Source: Nitrososphaerota archaeon (lineage in GTDB: Archaea; Thermoproteota; Nitrososphaeria_A; Caldarchaeales; Calditenuaceae). From it: a stretch of 64,000 nucleotides of DNA. Position 1 is the first letter of the stretch. Each line of letters starts with the position of its first letter. Location of the stretch: positions 1,120,001-1,184,000 of the forward strand of contig JBEPYO010000001.1 of NCBI GenBank assembly GCA_041641295.1, in the 5' to 3' direction. Below, piece by piece: positions 10,701-17,172 of the stretch. Below the pieces are notes generated by a model. That model worked only from the letters and a program-made list of their open reading frames with translations, did no database searches and was not told the origin of the DNA. A program made the position numbers and the translations under genes.

Positions 10701-12032
10701 AAGACACTCATAGTACCCATCGACACCTCAGTCGAGGTCAGGAAGCCGAGTGACGAGATATTCAAGTATGACGGTAAGCACAGAGACGTAACAACAGCAG
10801 TCTTTGACCTCAAACTACTCCTCAACTACGAGGGCAAGACACTGCCAGACAGCATTAAGAACAGCATCGAGGTGTGGGTATTCAGGAAGACAGGCGCAGT
10901 AACTGAGCTAGCCCTCAGGTTCAGAGGCGGACCCACAATAGACACGGTCACTGTCAACCGGCTGCCCAGAGGAGTCTACGAGGCGCGTGTTGTCTTCGTA
11001 CCGACAGGCGCAACAATCTTCACTAGGACCTTCGACATCAGCGTAGTCAACGTCGGCACAGTGCAGGCCGAGGCCTCGCTACCATTCACAGACCTGTCAT
11101 TCGAGGTGACAGACCTTCGCGGAAGACCGCTACCGATCAGTGAAGGCGGAGTCACGGTAGAGCCAACACAGCTCTACAGCAGAGTATCAGTAGCAGGCAA
11201 CGTTGTGACGATAACAGCACTATACACAGGCGCCCCAGTCACTGTGACGGTCAAGTACTCGAGCCCAGTCTACGGTACCACTGCAGACACTAGGATAACT
11301 GACTCAGCCGAGGGCTTCAGAACCAGGCTACTGGGCGGCAGGACACTACAGCTACCAGTGGACGACGTGACAGTAACGGTGGTTGACAGGCAGGGAAGAC
11401 CGATGGGTGGCGCGGTGGTCAAGCTAGGCCAGGCGCCAGCCAAGTCCACCGGCGGTGACGGCAAGGCAGTCTTCGAGAGCGTCCCGCTAGAGTCAGCAGG
11501 CAGAGGAATAACATACTCACTATCAGTCACGGTCGGCGGCGTAGAGGTCACACCGGCAGACGCTAGGAGCGTAGAGCTCTCAACCGCTAGGACATCGATA
11601 ACGGTGATCGGTGAGCTGTTCTCGCTGCCGGTCAGGGTGATCGGGCAGCTAGGACAGGGACTAGAAGGCGCTAACGTCAGGGTGGTCAAGGGCGCTGTAA
11701 CAGTTGCTTCGTCCTCGACAGACCAAGGCGGGTTCGCCCAGTTCGACAGACTAGTGCTAGACACCTACACGGTCGTCGCCAACTACAAGGGCTACAGCCA
11801 GGAGGTAACCGTTTCGAGCGCTGACCTCCAGGCTGGCAGGGTGGTCGAGATAACGCTGCCAATCTACACCGAGCTACTAGGCATACCGATGCCGCTCTCG
11901 ACACTCCTAGCTCTGATAATCGGTCTGATACTTCTGGTCGTGGTCCTCGCGATAATCGTCAGCGAGTACAGATGGTGGAGAGGCAGAAGGCTGGGCGTCT
12001 ACCCACCAGCACCACCGAAGGCACCGAAATAA
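4761..12032 (+). CDS. Very large membrane-anchored cell-surface glycoprotein, probable S-layer protein
   Basis: Signal peptide (KVALLVAMLIVPAVLVAVPVIQA), many N-x-S/T sequons, beta-rich repeated TDxxG/DxxGRPL domains, C-terminal TM helix plus basic tail; ATG 4761 preferred over 4722. Confidence 0.75.
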   Translation: MPDNSGHSKLGALNAAKVALLVAMLIVPAVLVAVPVIQAQTTYSAWLKLVTTSWNGQPCIAGGTPACVGATTGFADRYNLTANWYWVEVYHEKRGAPFNDVVFAGKFYPNGTGFVLISWPVDWPNVTVVVKAKSYDGTEIGAGTLYDGIIVYMLVINPTDVYLNAKTGSGWGGFYSRIIDMTGTITSYPFYRPTAAGPVNFVRIWPKSFAGNHSHPTAADAWVANSSVIFKPFHVHTWYSVLDNLSYAQVKIYDINHTAADSSASLLRAFVTKGDGSGNSLYDPRTTGEMFPVYGTRWRDNELVPIPLQAINLNAKRPYSQNLPRGGVTTYAHLNATVRVWWESVLVNTTFYVGPDLAQPNQLVTVNSGPPPVVYPGNDFQSAQLPTMQSLSIYYNHTTPVNPAARLYDYLNATVFYWRCGARDDDLLVNGTDTSIGWVGSALFDAQCIVNLRDKNSNVYHTLHERGSTGQRWEVSSTQLTDYYALSDDPHDWSGYLSAFRGYLRAPNATMWTGLYTKFAGVTIDGTSAAGLIYVSKYYSGTADLTQDPSLVAVNDYLKTRSIADDPGPYRGIRLEVQYAGGYKNLYGGLKQTVGVYTLQNIYLIALKDTTPAPGWVDPFATAISGNYPEILTPSPLRQIRLGTSENGGPIAGIVDSNTVENVPNPPGSDRTFERDGKLLVVANASDIVFAVYDNQGSLLTPPQTDIWLLRENGVPVQLAWYRFYDTPSAGIARYVRESEFVPFLQFINVSTSLFSGPPPSHIAVAYQVPENLMYGVIVKFEGVSVYQNEGEIPKLIKTVYKQLTVSVFKLKVVFVDCQDRPLTNTPAWVIDPILGTEVRFNTGPDGARDFIVPADSITFTRLYWKGVDVPLLEAILPNGTKIQAEGGKVTIPATADIYAPIKIKVLVDDFVFKTWDFQGTTAIPRLNITIWWTGYNISDPTKSPWTFLETMDPRGYGVSDDTLAQRLGDPRIELPFDADRWNTSVRVAQFFAYVIFYDNRTNEYTFYQMPPAIYNIIVTTVVPIPGFSASASPGVGFWPGETQDRAYESVIVWKPGAESVTPEEVHEGAKTRVVLREFNKDLRYTSCGVQNVDLKTWALHWFLEMIDSDLPIGDVRFDIVNDNFLSMTLDLGNSTKWDKLTLEYKTIIYGTNKRGPQDYSYIWWNGSYRLEDVRLVTNMSFTVDKFYNATAPNKVWPTLNFTLQPNAELHAQQALYSDWLDLQEDFGYKIIIYDKETLRAPLPVTLIKPRAIDKGGAPLENALIELWILDVNKASKIDITDPDGDDTITVWDTTYTEGQCRVSPHTVSISWVWETKRVADRDTPQHFEEVTWDRLNLTIDGDKMFLQVPPYPAKLYLRDIGVGDDDNFVVTAKEIYWLVDNEGCPIDNNDEDEGGADTPMTYDDGLLKYARWKTQADGTIKSFTIPGYEGLLLVPTSGWLNETFSAEGATGVDLEEEFHYQFNVVWKSAVVYSDNFVLDKGPVIEFGASEVYDVRFMFTLSNSTNPADAVRNLNLWIYYPNVTTWHEAKLWSKPIPPPQDYAACEESYFTCDLRVTLISSADADGVVEFSKIPGPRFMNTTWKYVFSANHSAITWLTDLVATQFVLNNETFGDGPLKKVTKSGIDVPIMLNAAHQLQFLVLGWRDEQGIPTAYPLEGFNVKYEIRNLEAKITAASGTAVSDTNGLATVASDPRDPTKVLWAGLTVRYRVEPPSWLINVNDARWSQLLGARGVEVVSYTGYTPDPRPSVGAYFPDEVPTHWAITTISTWFSEDGYCFGLCTAYFPEEGRTRSKPYIINVDYTIVTVRALDFNGRPLRGAFVEIVERASGRVAGWSYTFGSTWTRQPIDLQQLYDYHRVSLLPARIVGGDGYTEFIPVAVGPWNYDANNDDKIDVRGEWKEGARGDDPRTSDREGTALAYIVRVYWAATDPSPDNANGDLRAIWPFIDPQKPFTTTEAGQSVRKYHVKVYDSDFDETDEAAKTLIVPIDTSVEVRKPSDEIFKYDGKHRDVTTAVFDLKLLLNYEGKTLPDSIKNSIEVWVFRKTGAVTELALRFRGGPTIDTVTVNRLPRGVYEARVVFVPTGATIFTRTFDISVVNVGTVQAEASLPFTDLSFEVTDLRGRPLPISEGGVTVEPTQLYSRVSVAGNVVTITALYTGAPVTVTVKYSSPVYGTTADTRITDSAEGFRTRLLGGRTLQLPVDDVTVTVVDRQGRPMGGAVVKLGQAPAKSTGGDGKAVFESVPLESAGRGITYSLSVTVGGVEVTPADARSVELSTARTSITVIGELFSLPVRVIGQLGQGLEGANVRVVKGAVTVASSSTDQGGFAQFDRLVLDTYTVVANYKGYSQEVTVSSADLQAGRVVEITLPIYTELLGIPMPLSTLLALIIGLILLVVVLAIIVSEYRWWRGRRLGVYPPAPPKAPK

Positions 12033-12050
12033 ACCAGTAAAAACCCTCCA

Positions 12051-12070
12051 AATTTATTTCCCCATTTTTT
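12051..12070 (+). terminator. Oligo-T archaeal terminator
   Basis: AATTTATTTCCCCATTTTTT just after the stop of the surface-protein gene. Confidence 0.55.
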
Positions 12071-12230
12071 ATATCATCAATCACCTATTCTCAGGCTAAT
12101 CTATATCAGGCTCACCGTCATTAGGTCCTCTGGCAGCTGTCAAAACCCGGCCTATGTATTACAACTCTACATCGTGTAGCGGCTACGCGGGGAAATATTT
12201 TTCACCTAGGCTTTGGCTTCTTAAGCCAGG

Positions 12231-13328
12231 TTGAGGAGGCTATTAATCGCCACAATACTAGTTGCAGCCATCCTAGCGTCAATCCATGTCCCGGCTATTG
12301 GGCAGGAGTGTATCCGAGACCTCACACCGGGTGAGGGGGTTGAGGGCGAGCTCCGTGGGCCCGAGAACAGCGGAGAGACTCACACCTACTGTGTAAGGGT
12401 GGAGGAGGGGTCATGGGTATCGGTCTCGGTCGAGATGTATCATAAGGAGCTGCTCACCTCTAGGATAATAACGGGTATAGCCCAGGAGGGTGGTGGCTTC
12501 CTACTTTATAGGGACGAGGTCCTTCCAACGGGCGGATCCAAGGCCTACAGCTACAACTGGTATGTATCGGGCTCCGACACAAATCTTAGGGTTATCCTCA
12601 CCAGCGTTGCAAACCGCTTGGCGCCGTCAGTAGTGGGGTATAGAGTCTCAGTAAGCGTAAGTAAAGCAGTGGACGCGGGCAGAGTCGTCGTTAAGTCAGG
12701 TCCAGGCATGGAAGAGTCCTTCACTCTCAACATCGGAGACGCGCCGGGCGACGTCTACTCGGCTGAAGCACTGCCTGAGCTCCCAAAGATAAGTCAGGGG
12801 CAGTCTCTCGGTTTTGCCGGACACCTCTCGGCCAACATCGTCAAGGAGACTGAGAAGGGGGCTGAGCTCTATGGTGGAAGGGACACGTCAGACATCTACG
12901 CCCTCCCGGTCGAGGCTCCGGCGAACAGCCGCATAAACATAACCGTAACACCGCCCAAGGGCGCCACACTGCTGGTCGTCCTGAGGTCTGAGGACGGCGC
13001 AGCCCTCGTCTCAGCAGCATCGAGAAAGGCCGGTGAGCCAGCCACAATCTCGACCAGCTTCAGCAAAGCAGTCAAGGATGGGAGACTGCTGATCGACGTA
13101 CAGCTCTTGAGATCCGATGTGCCAGACGTATCATATACTGTGGATGTTGTTTTGAGCGAGCCGCCCAAGCCCGAGACGCAGGTTGAGTTTAAGCCCCCGT
13201 TCCCAGAGTCTCAGGCGAGGACGATAGTGATAGGCTTCTCTGCCACCGTTATCGCCGTGACTATCGCCTCGGTCGTTATCGGCTGGTTCAGGAGGAGGCC
13301 GGAGAGGCAGCCAGCCTACTACTGGTAG
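12231..13328 (+). CDS. Secreted, C-terminally anchored protein with PPC-like beta domains
   Basis: Signal peptide, DTSDIY and ETHTY motifs, C-terminal TM then RRRP. Confidence 0.6.
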   Translation: MRRLLIATILVAAILASIHVPAIGQECIRDLTPGEGVEGELRGPENSGETHTYCVRVEEGSWVSVSVEMYHKELLTSRIITGIAQEGGGFLLYRDEVLPTGGSKAYSYNWYVSGSDTNLRVILTSVANRLAPSVVGYRVSVSVSKAVDAGRVVVKSGPGMEESFTLNIGDAPGDVYSAEALPELPKISQGQSLGFAGHLSANIVKETEKGAELYGGRDTSDIYALPVEAPANSRINITVTPPKGATLLVVLRSEDGAALVSAASRKAGEPATISTSFSKAVKDGRLLIDVQLLRSDVPDVSYTVDVVLSEPPKPETQVEFKPPFPESQARTIVIGFSATVIAVTIASVVIGWFRRRPERQPAYYW

Positions 13329-13332
13329 AGGG

Positions 13333-14706
13333 ATGCAGCCTATACAGACCCTCAGGGAGCTCTCACTAGCCCTAGGTACGGGCAGGCTCACCTGCGAGGA
13401 AATAGTCACGCACATGCTCAAGCGCATCGGCGAGCTTAACCCAACACTAAGGGCGTACATAACAGTCTCAGATGAGGCGGCCCTAGCCTCGGCGAGGGAG
13501 GCGGACGCAGAGCTCAAGAGGCGAGGCCCCAGGTCCACCCTACACGGAGCACCACTGGCGGTCAAGGACATGATCGCTGTCGAGGGCCTACCCATGACAG
13601 CCGGCTCCAAGGTCCTCGGCGCCAAGAAGGCGAAGCGTGACGCAGAGTGTGTCCACAGGGCCCGCACGGCCGGAATGATAGTCCTAGGCACAACAAACCT
13701 ACACGAGTTCGCCGCAGGCACCACAAATCTAAACATCCACTATGGCCACGTGAGGAATCCCTGGAACACCGAGCTTATATCCGGGGGCTCAAGCGGAGGT
13801 TCGGCCGCGGCAGTCGCAGCCGGGCTCGCAGGAATAGCACTGGGCACCGATACGGGCGGCTCTGTAAGGATACCCGCAGCCCTCTGCGGGGTCCTAGGCC
13901 TCAAGCCCAGCAGAGGTCTCATAAGCACTACGGGCGTCTTCCCCCTCTCATGGAGCCTAGACGAGGTCGGAATCCTCGCTAGAAGCGCCTGGGACGCCTC
14001 AGCAGCCCTCCTAGCCCTAGCCAAGCCCCAGGCACCAGCCCCACCCCGAATCCCCCCACCAGCACCCACCAGGCCCAGGATAGGCGTCCCCTGGAACCTC
14101 TTCGAAGAAAACCTCGAACCCCCGGTCTCCCAGGCCTTCAACTCCTTCCTCCAGACCCTCGAAAACCTCGACGCAGAGATCCTAGACTTGGAGCTTCCGT
14201 GGGTGCAGCCATCCCTCCGCCACTGGAGAACTATACGAGGCGCCGAGGCTGCCGCCGTCCATAAGAACTGGCTGGAGACGAGGCCCCATCTCTACTCCGA
14301 GGAGGTTAGGGAGAACCTGGCATCCGGCCTAGGAGTCACGGCCGTCGAATATATAACCGCCCTCCGGGAGAGGGACAAGATATCAGCCAAGGCCGCAGCC
14401 CTCTTCACAAGCCTAGACGCTATAGCCACCCCCACCCTACCCATAGCCGCACCCAAGATCTCGCTGGTCGAGGGGATGTCCCTCCAGGAGCGGGCAGAGC
14501 TCAGGGCAAAAATGATCTCCCTAACATTCCTGGCAAACCTAGCCGGTCTCCCAGCCATCTCAATACCCGTCAAGCCAGCCGGAGGGGGGCCTGTCCACGG
14601 CGCCCAGCTCATCGGACCGCCTGGGAGCGACTATACGCTCCTCGGGATAGCCTGGGAGTACGAGTTCACCGTTAACGGGTTCAGCTTCCCAGCCCCATTA
14701 TATTGA
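13333..14706 (+). CDS. Amidase signature family protein
   Basis: AVKD, GGSSGGSAAAV, GTDTGGSVRIPA (Ser-cisSer-Lys triad). Confidence 0.9.
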   Translation: MQPIQTLRELSLALGTGRLTCEEIVTHMLKRIGELNPTLRAYITVSDEAALASAREADAELKRRGPRSTLHGAPLAVKDMIAVEGLPMTAGSKVLGAKKAKRDAECVHRARTAGMIVLGTTNLHEFAAGTTNLNIHYGHVRNPWNTELISGGSSGGSAAAVAAGLAGIALGTDTGGSVRIPAALCGVLGLKPSRGLISTTGVFPLSWSLDEVGILARSAWDASAALLALAKPQAPAPPRIPPPAPTRPRIGVPWNLFEENLEPPVSQAFNSFLQTLENLDAEILDLELPWVQPSLRHWRTIRGAEAAAVHKNWLETRPHLYSEEVRENLASGLGVTAVEYITALRERDKISAKAAALFTSLDAIATPTLPIAAPKISLVEGMSLQERAELRAKMISLTFLANLAGLPAISIPVKPAGGGPVHGAQLIGPPGSDYTLLGIAWEYEFTVNGFSFPAPLY

Positions 14707-14787
14707 TACCAGGGGCTCCTCCGCGGAGACGATACGTGCTTATAGTTTAATTATGAGTATGGTTGATTGGTTTTCAACGGTGAGGGG

Positions 14788-15213
14788 ATGGAGAGGAGTT
14801 ATCAGGTGGCTGAGGACTGCCTCTACACGAAGGATCACAGCTGGGTGAGGCTTGAGGGGAAGAAATACGCCGTGATAGGAATAACCGACTACGCCCAGAG
14901 GAAGCTGAGGGAGATAATCTACGTCGAGCTCCCCAACATTAACACAAGGGTCCAGAAGAGGCAGCCCCTAGCCACGCTGGAATCCGTAAAGGCCAGCACA
15001 AGCCTATACTCGCCCATTTCAGGCCGCGTAGTGGAAGTAAACACGGAGCTCCTAGACAATCCGGAGGTCATAAACGAGTCGCCCTACAGGGAGGGATGGA
15101 TCGTAAAGCTCGAGTTCCAGAACAAGGAAGAGCTGGAGAGCCTCCTAACACCCGACGAGTATCAGAGATACGTAGAGGAGCTCGAGGAGATTGGTGAGGA
15201 GGCGGAGGAATGA
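14788..15213 (+). CDS. gcvH: Glycine cleavage system H-protein (lipoyl carrier)
   Basis: GITDYAQ, ESVKA lipoyl-lysine, SPYxEGW; RBS GGTGAGGGG before ATG 14788. Confidence 0.9.
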   Translation: MERSYQVAEDCLYTKDHSWVRLEGKKYAVIGITDYAQRKLREIIYVELPNINTRVQKRQPLATLESVKASTSLYSPISGRVVEVNTELLDNPEVINESPYREGWIVKLEFQNKEELESLLTPDEYQRYVEELEEIGEEAEE

Positions 15214-15296
15214 GGGTAAGAGCCAAATGATGTTTCCTACCTCGGCTCGGCCGCAATATCACTACCTCAAACTATCGGCCGGTCTGATCTTAACCC
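15214..15296 (+). ncRNA. Possible box C/D-like small RNA
   Basis: Box C-like ATGATGT (15227-15233), box D CTGA (15284-15287), flanking complementarity GGGTAAGA / TCTTAACCC; no clear C'/D'. Confidence 0.3.
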
Positions 15297-15525
15297 ACTT
15301 AGATTCTTCCACCGGGAGTATTACAGCCTGAGGTTTTCAACCACACCCCCTCATATCCCTCCCTCCACAATCAGTCTCAGAAACTCCAGCACAGCTTCTT
15401 CTATTTCAATCCCCAAATAAATCAGGCTCGCTTGGTCATGCCACACGACTTTTTGCGAGGGAATTTGACCAATGCAGGCCAATCTATACCGTGCAGGTTC
15501 TTTGATACTTTCGGCGAGGTCTCTT

Positions 15526-15537
15526 AAAAATTATAAA
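15526..15537 (+). promoter_or_regulatory. BRE/TATA promoter for the IS110-like gene
   Basis: AAAAA-TTATAAA ending ~25 nt upstream of ATG 15563, consistent with leaderless transcription. Confidence 0.55.
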
Positions 15538-15562
15538 CCGCTCGGCAGTGGGTTCGCTAGTC

Positions 15563-16378
15563 ATGCAAGAGGCTTTATATGCGTCCGGGATAGCAGTCAG
15601 AAGATATTTTGTGGACGTCCACATAGACACAAAGAGGAGACACCACGTAGTATACGACGGCCAAGGAATTAGGAGGCTCGGTAGTTTAACGGATATTCCG
15701 GCTGAGAAAGGAGATGAGGTCTACGTAGACACTCTATTTGGAGCAATCTACGACGAAGTTCAAGAACTTTTGAAGAGAGGGGTAAGGGTGTTCGTCTTAA
15801 AGAGGACAGATATCCTTCCTCGGCTGAGAAGAGCAAACAACATTGAAAAGAGTCATGAAAATGATGCGAAGATTTTGTCAATGATAGACAGCACCTATTA
15901 CCATGAGATATGCGAAGATGAAATAAAACTAAGGGAACTAATAGTTGAATATAACAAATGTTTGAAGCTTCTGAAAATGATGCAGCAATTAAATGGAAAG
16001 TCTAAAGCCTTCAAGGAAGCTCAACTTATTATACGGAGAGAGAAAGCACGGCTCGCCAGAAGAATAAATAAGGTAGCTGAGAAAGCAATATCAAGCTATA
16101 ATAAAGTTTGCGACGCCCTCAAACTCTCCTACGGTAGTTTTTATGGGAGGGCAGCTCTCGCAGATATTCTGTTACACATTGACTTCGGTAGAGGTCTTCG
16201 TAAGATCTTAAGCTATTTGGGTCGTCATCAGCACAATCGAGGCCACTATAATGGGAGGCTGAAAAAAGTGTTGGAAAGCTTATCGATAAGCGTCTACAAA
16301 AAACAGAAGATTAGAGCACGAGAACAGGTCGAGATTCTAAAGACTATCAGGAGGATCTTGGCTGGCGGTCCGGCTTGA
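15563..16378 (+). CDS. IS110/Tas-related protein: RuvC-like domain + coiled coil + Nop/Tnp20-like domain, lacking the SG serine
   Basis: FVDVH, VYVDT, KSHENDAKIL (cf. IS110 KTDxxDA), helical hairpin, AALADILLHIDF...LSYLG...YNGRLK; AT-richer than flanking genes. Confidence 0.65.
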   Translation: MQEALYASGIAVRRYFVDVHIDTKRRHHVVYDGQGIRRLGSLTDIPAEKGDEVYVDTLFGAIYDEVQELLKRGVRVFVLKRTDILPRLRRANNIEKSHENDAKILSMIDSTYYHEICEDEIKLRELIVEYNKCLKLLKMMQQLNGKSKAFKEAQLIIRREKARLARRINKVAEKAISSYNKVCDALKLSYGSFYGRAALADILLHIDFGRGLRKILSYLGRHQHNRGHYNGRLKKVLESLSISVYKKQKIRAREQVEILKTIRRILAGGPA

Positions 16379-16528
16379 TGGAGGGAAAAGAGCCGTATGA
16401 ATGCCGGCACCGAGACCCTTATCGCTGAGAGCCATAGGCTCAAGGCGCCTACGGGTCTATTGCTAAGGCTTCATATGGCTCTCCCAGATATTGTCAGGCT
16501 GGTAACCGCCAGTCAACTCTCGAGATCC
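16353..16528 (+). ncRNA. Rod-like structured RNA (long imperfect hairpin) overlapping the 3' end of the IS110-like ORF
   Basis: Nested helices 16353-60/16521-28 (shares 16358-60 with the next helix), 16358-69/16505-16, 16370-79/16493-502, 16389-401/16470-82, 16413-18/16453-58, 16429-33/16437-41; in-helix non-Watson-Crick pairs are G.U on the + strand. Confidence 0.7.
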
Positions 16529-16670
16529 CTCAATTATTTCTAATTAATTCTATCTGGCAGGGTTAAAGTTAGTGTAAAGGTTTATACGTATCAGATCAGA
16601 GTACGTAGTGGTGACCGGACTGCGACCTTCCGCGACCAGTTATGGGGGAAATAGGGGTGAGAATAGCTAG

Positions 16671-17006
16671 TTGAAAGTGCGAGTATACAGGGTCTCCTCC
16701 TACACCGACCCCGAGACCGGGAGGCCCGGCAAGATAATAGAGCTGGTGGAGGTCAGGAGGATCCAGCAGGCCAGCGCCCTAGGCACCGGTCCGGAGGAAT
16801 ATATAATGGCTCAGAGGCTACTCCAGAGCCTCATGGCGCAGCTCCAGAGCATGGGCTTAGTGCCACCTCAAAGGGACATAATCCTCCCAAAGCTAACCCT
16901 GATTCTGACCGAGGAGGAGTACGACCTGCTAGGTGTCAAGCTCGAGGTGAATGAGGAGTTCGACCTAGAGTTCAGGGACGGGAAGATAACGTTCAAGCCA
17001 GTGTAA
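16671..17006 (+). CDS. Arcadin-1-like protein
   Basis: DPxTGxxxKxIELVE...PKLTLILTEEE...GKITF pattern resembling Pyrobaculum arcadin-1; RBS GGGGTGA. Confidence 0.65.
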   Translation: MKVRVYRVSSYTDPETGRPGKIIELVEVRRIQQASALGTGPEEYIMAQRLLQSLMAQLQSMGLVPPQRDIILPKLTLILTEEEYDLLGVKLEVNEEFDLEFRDGKITFKPV

Positions 17007-17022
17007 CCTACCGCGGGTGCCT

Positions 17023-17172
17023 ATGCCTAGGATATTTTTCAAGTGTATAATCTGCCGCGAGGAGAGGGAGGCGGTGATCGTCTTCGAGAAGGGCGAGTAT
17101 CTACAGGTCACGTGTGAGAGGGGGCATACACAGTTCATAAACAAGAAGGAGGCGCGCATCACCGGTGGGTGA
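17023..17172 (+). CDS. Small zinc-finger protein, 49 aa
   Basis: Not in ORF track. MPRIFFKCIICREEREAVIVFEKGEYLQVTCERGHTQFINKKEARITGG; CxxC...CxxxH; GGGTG upstream. Confidence 0.6.
   Translation: MPRIFFKCIICREEREAVIVFEKGEYLQVTCERGHTQFINKKEARITGG

Noticed and set aside
15300-16560. TIGR-style tandem array or CRISPR array near the IS110-like gene
   Set aside because: Only scattered CCA-N9/10-TG-like matches (e.g. 15441-15456, 15479-15494); no consistent period or repeated units
15532-16586. TATAAACC / GGTTTATA as sub-terminal inverted repeats of an IS element
   Set aside because: Only 8 bp and both coincide with likely TATA boxes; no target duplication seen
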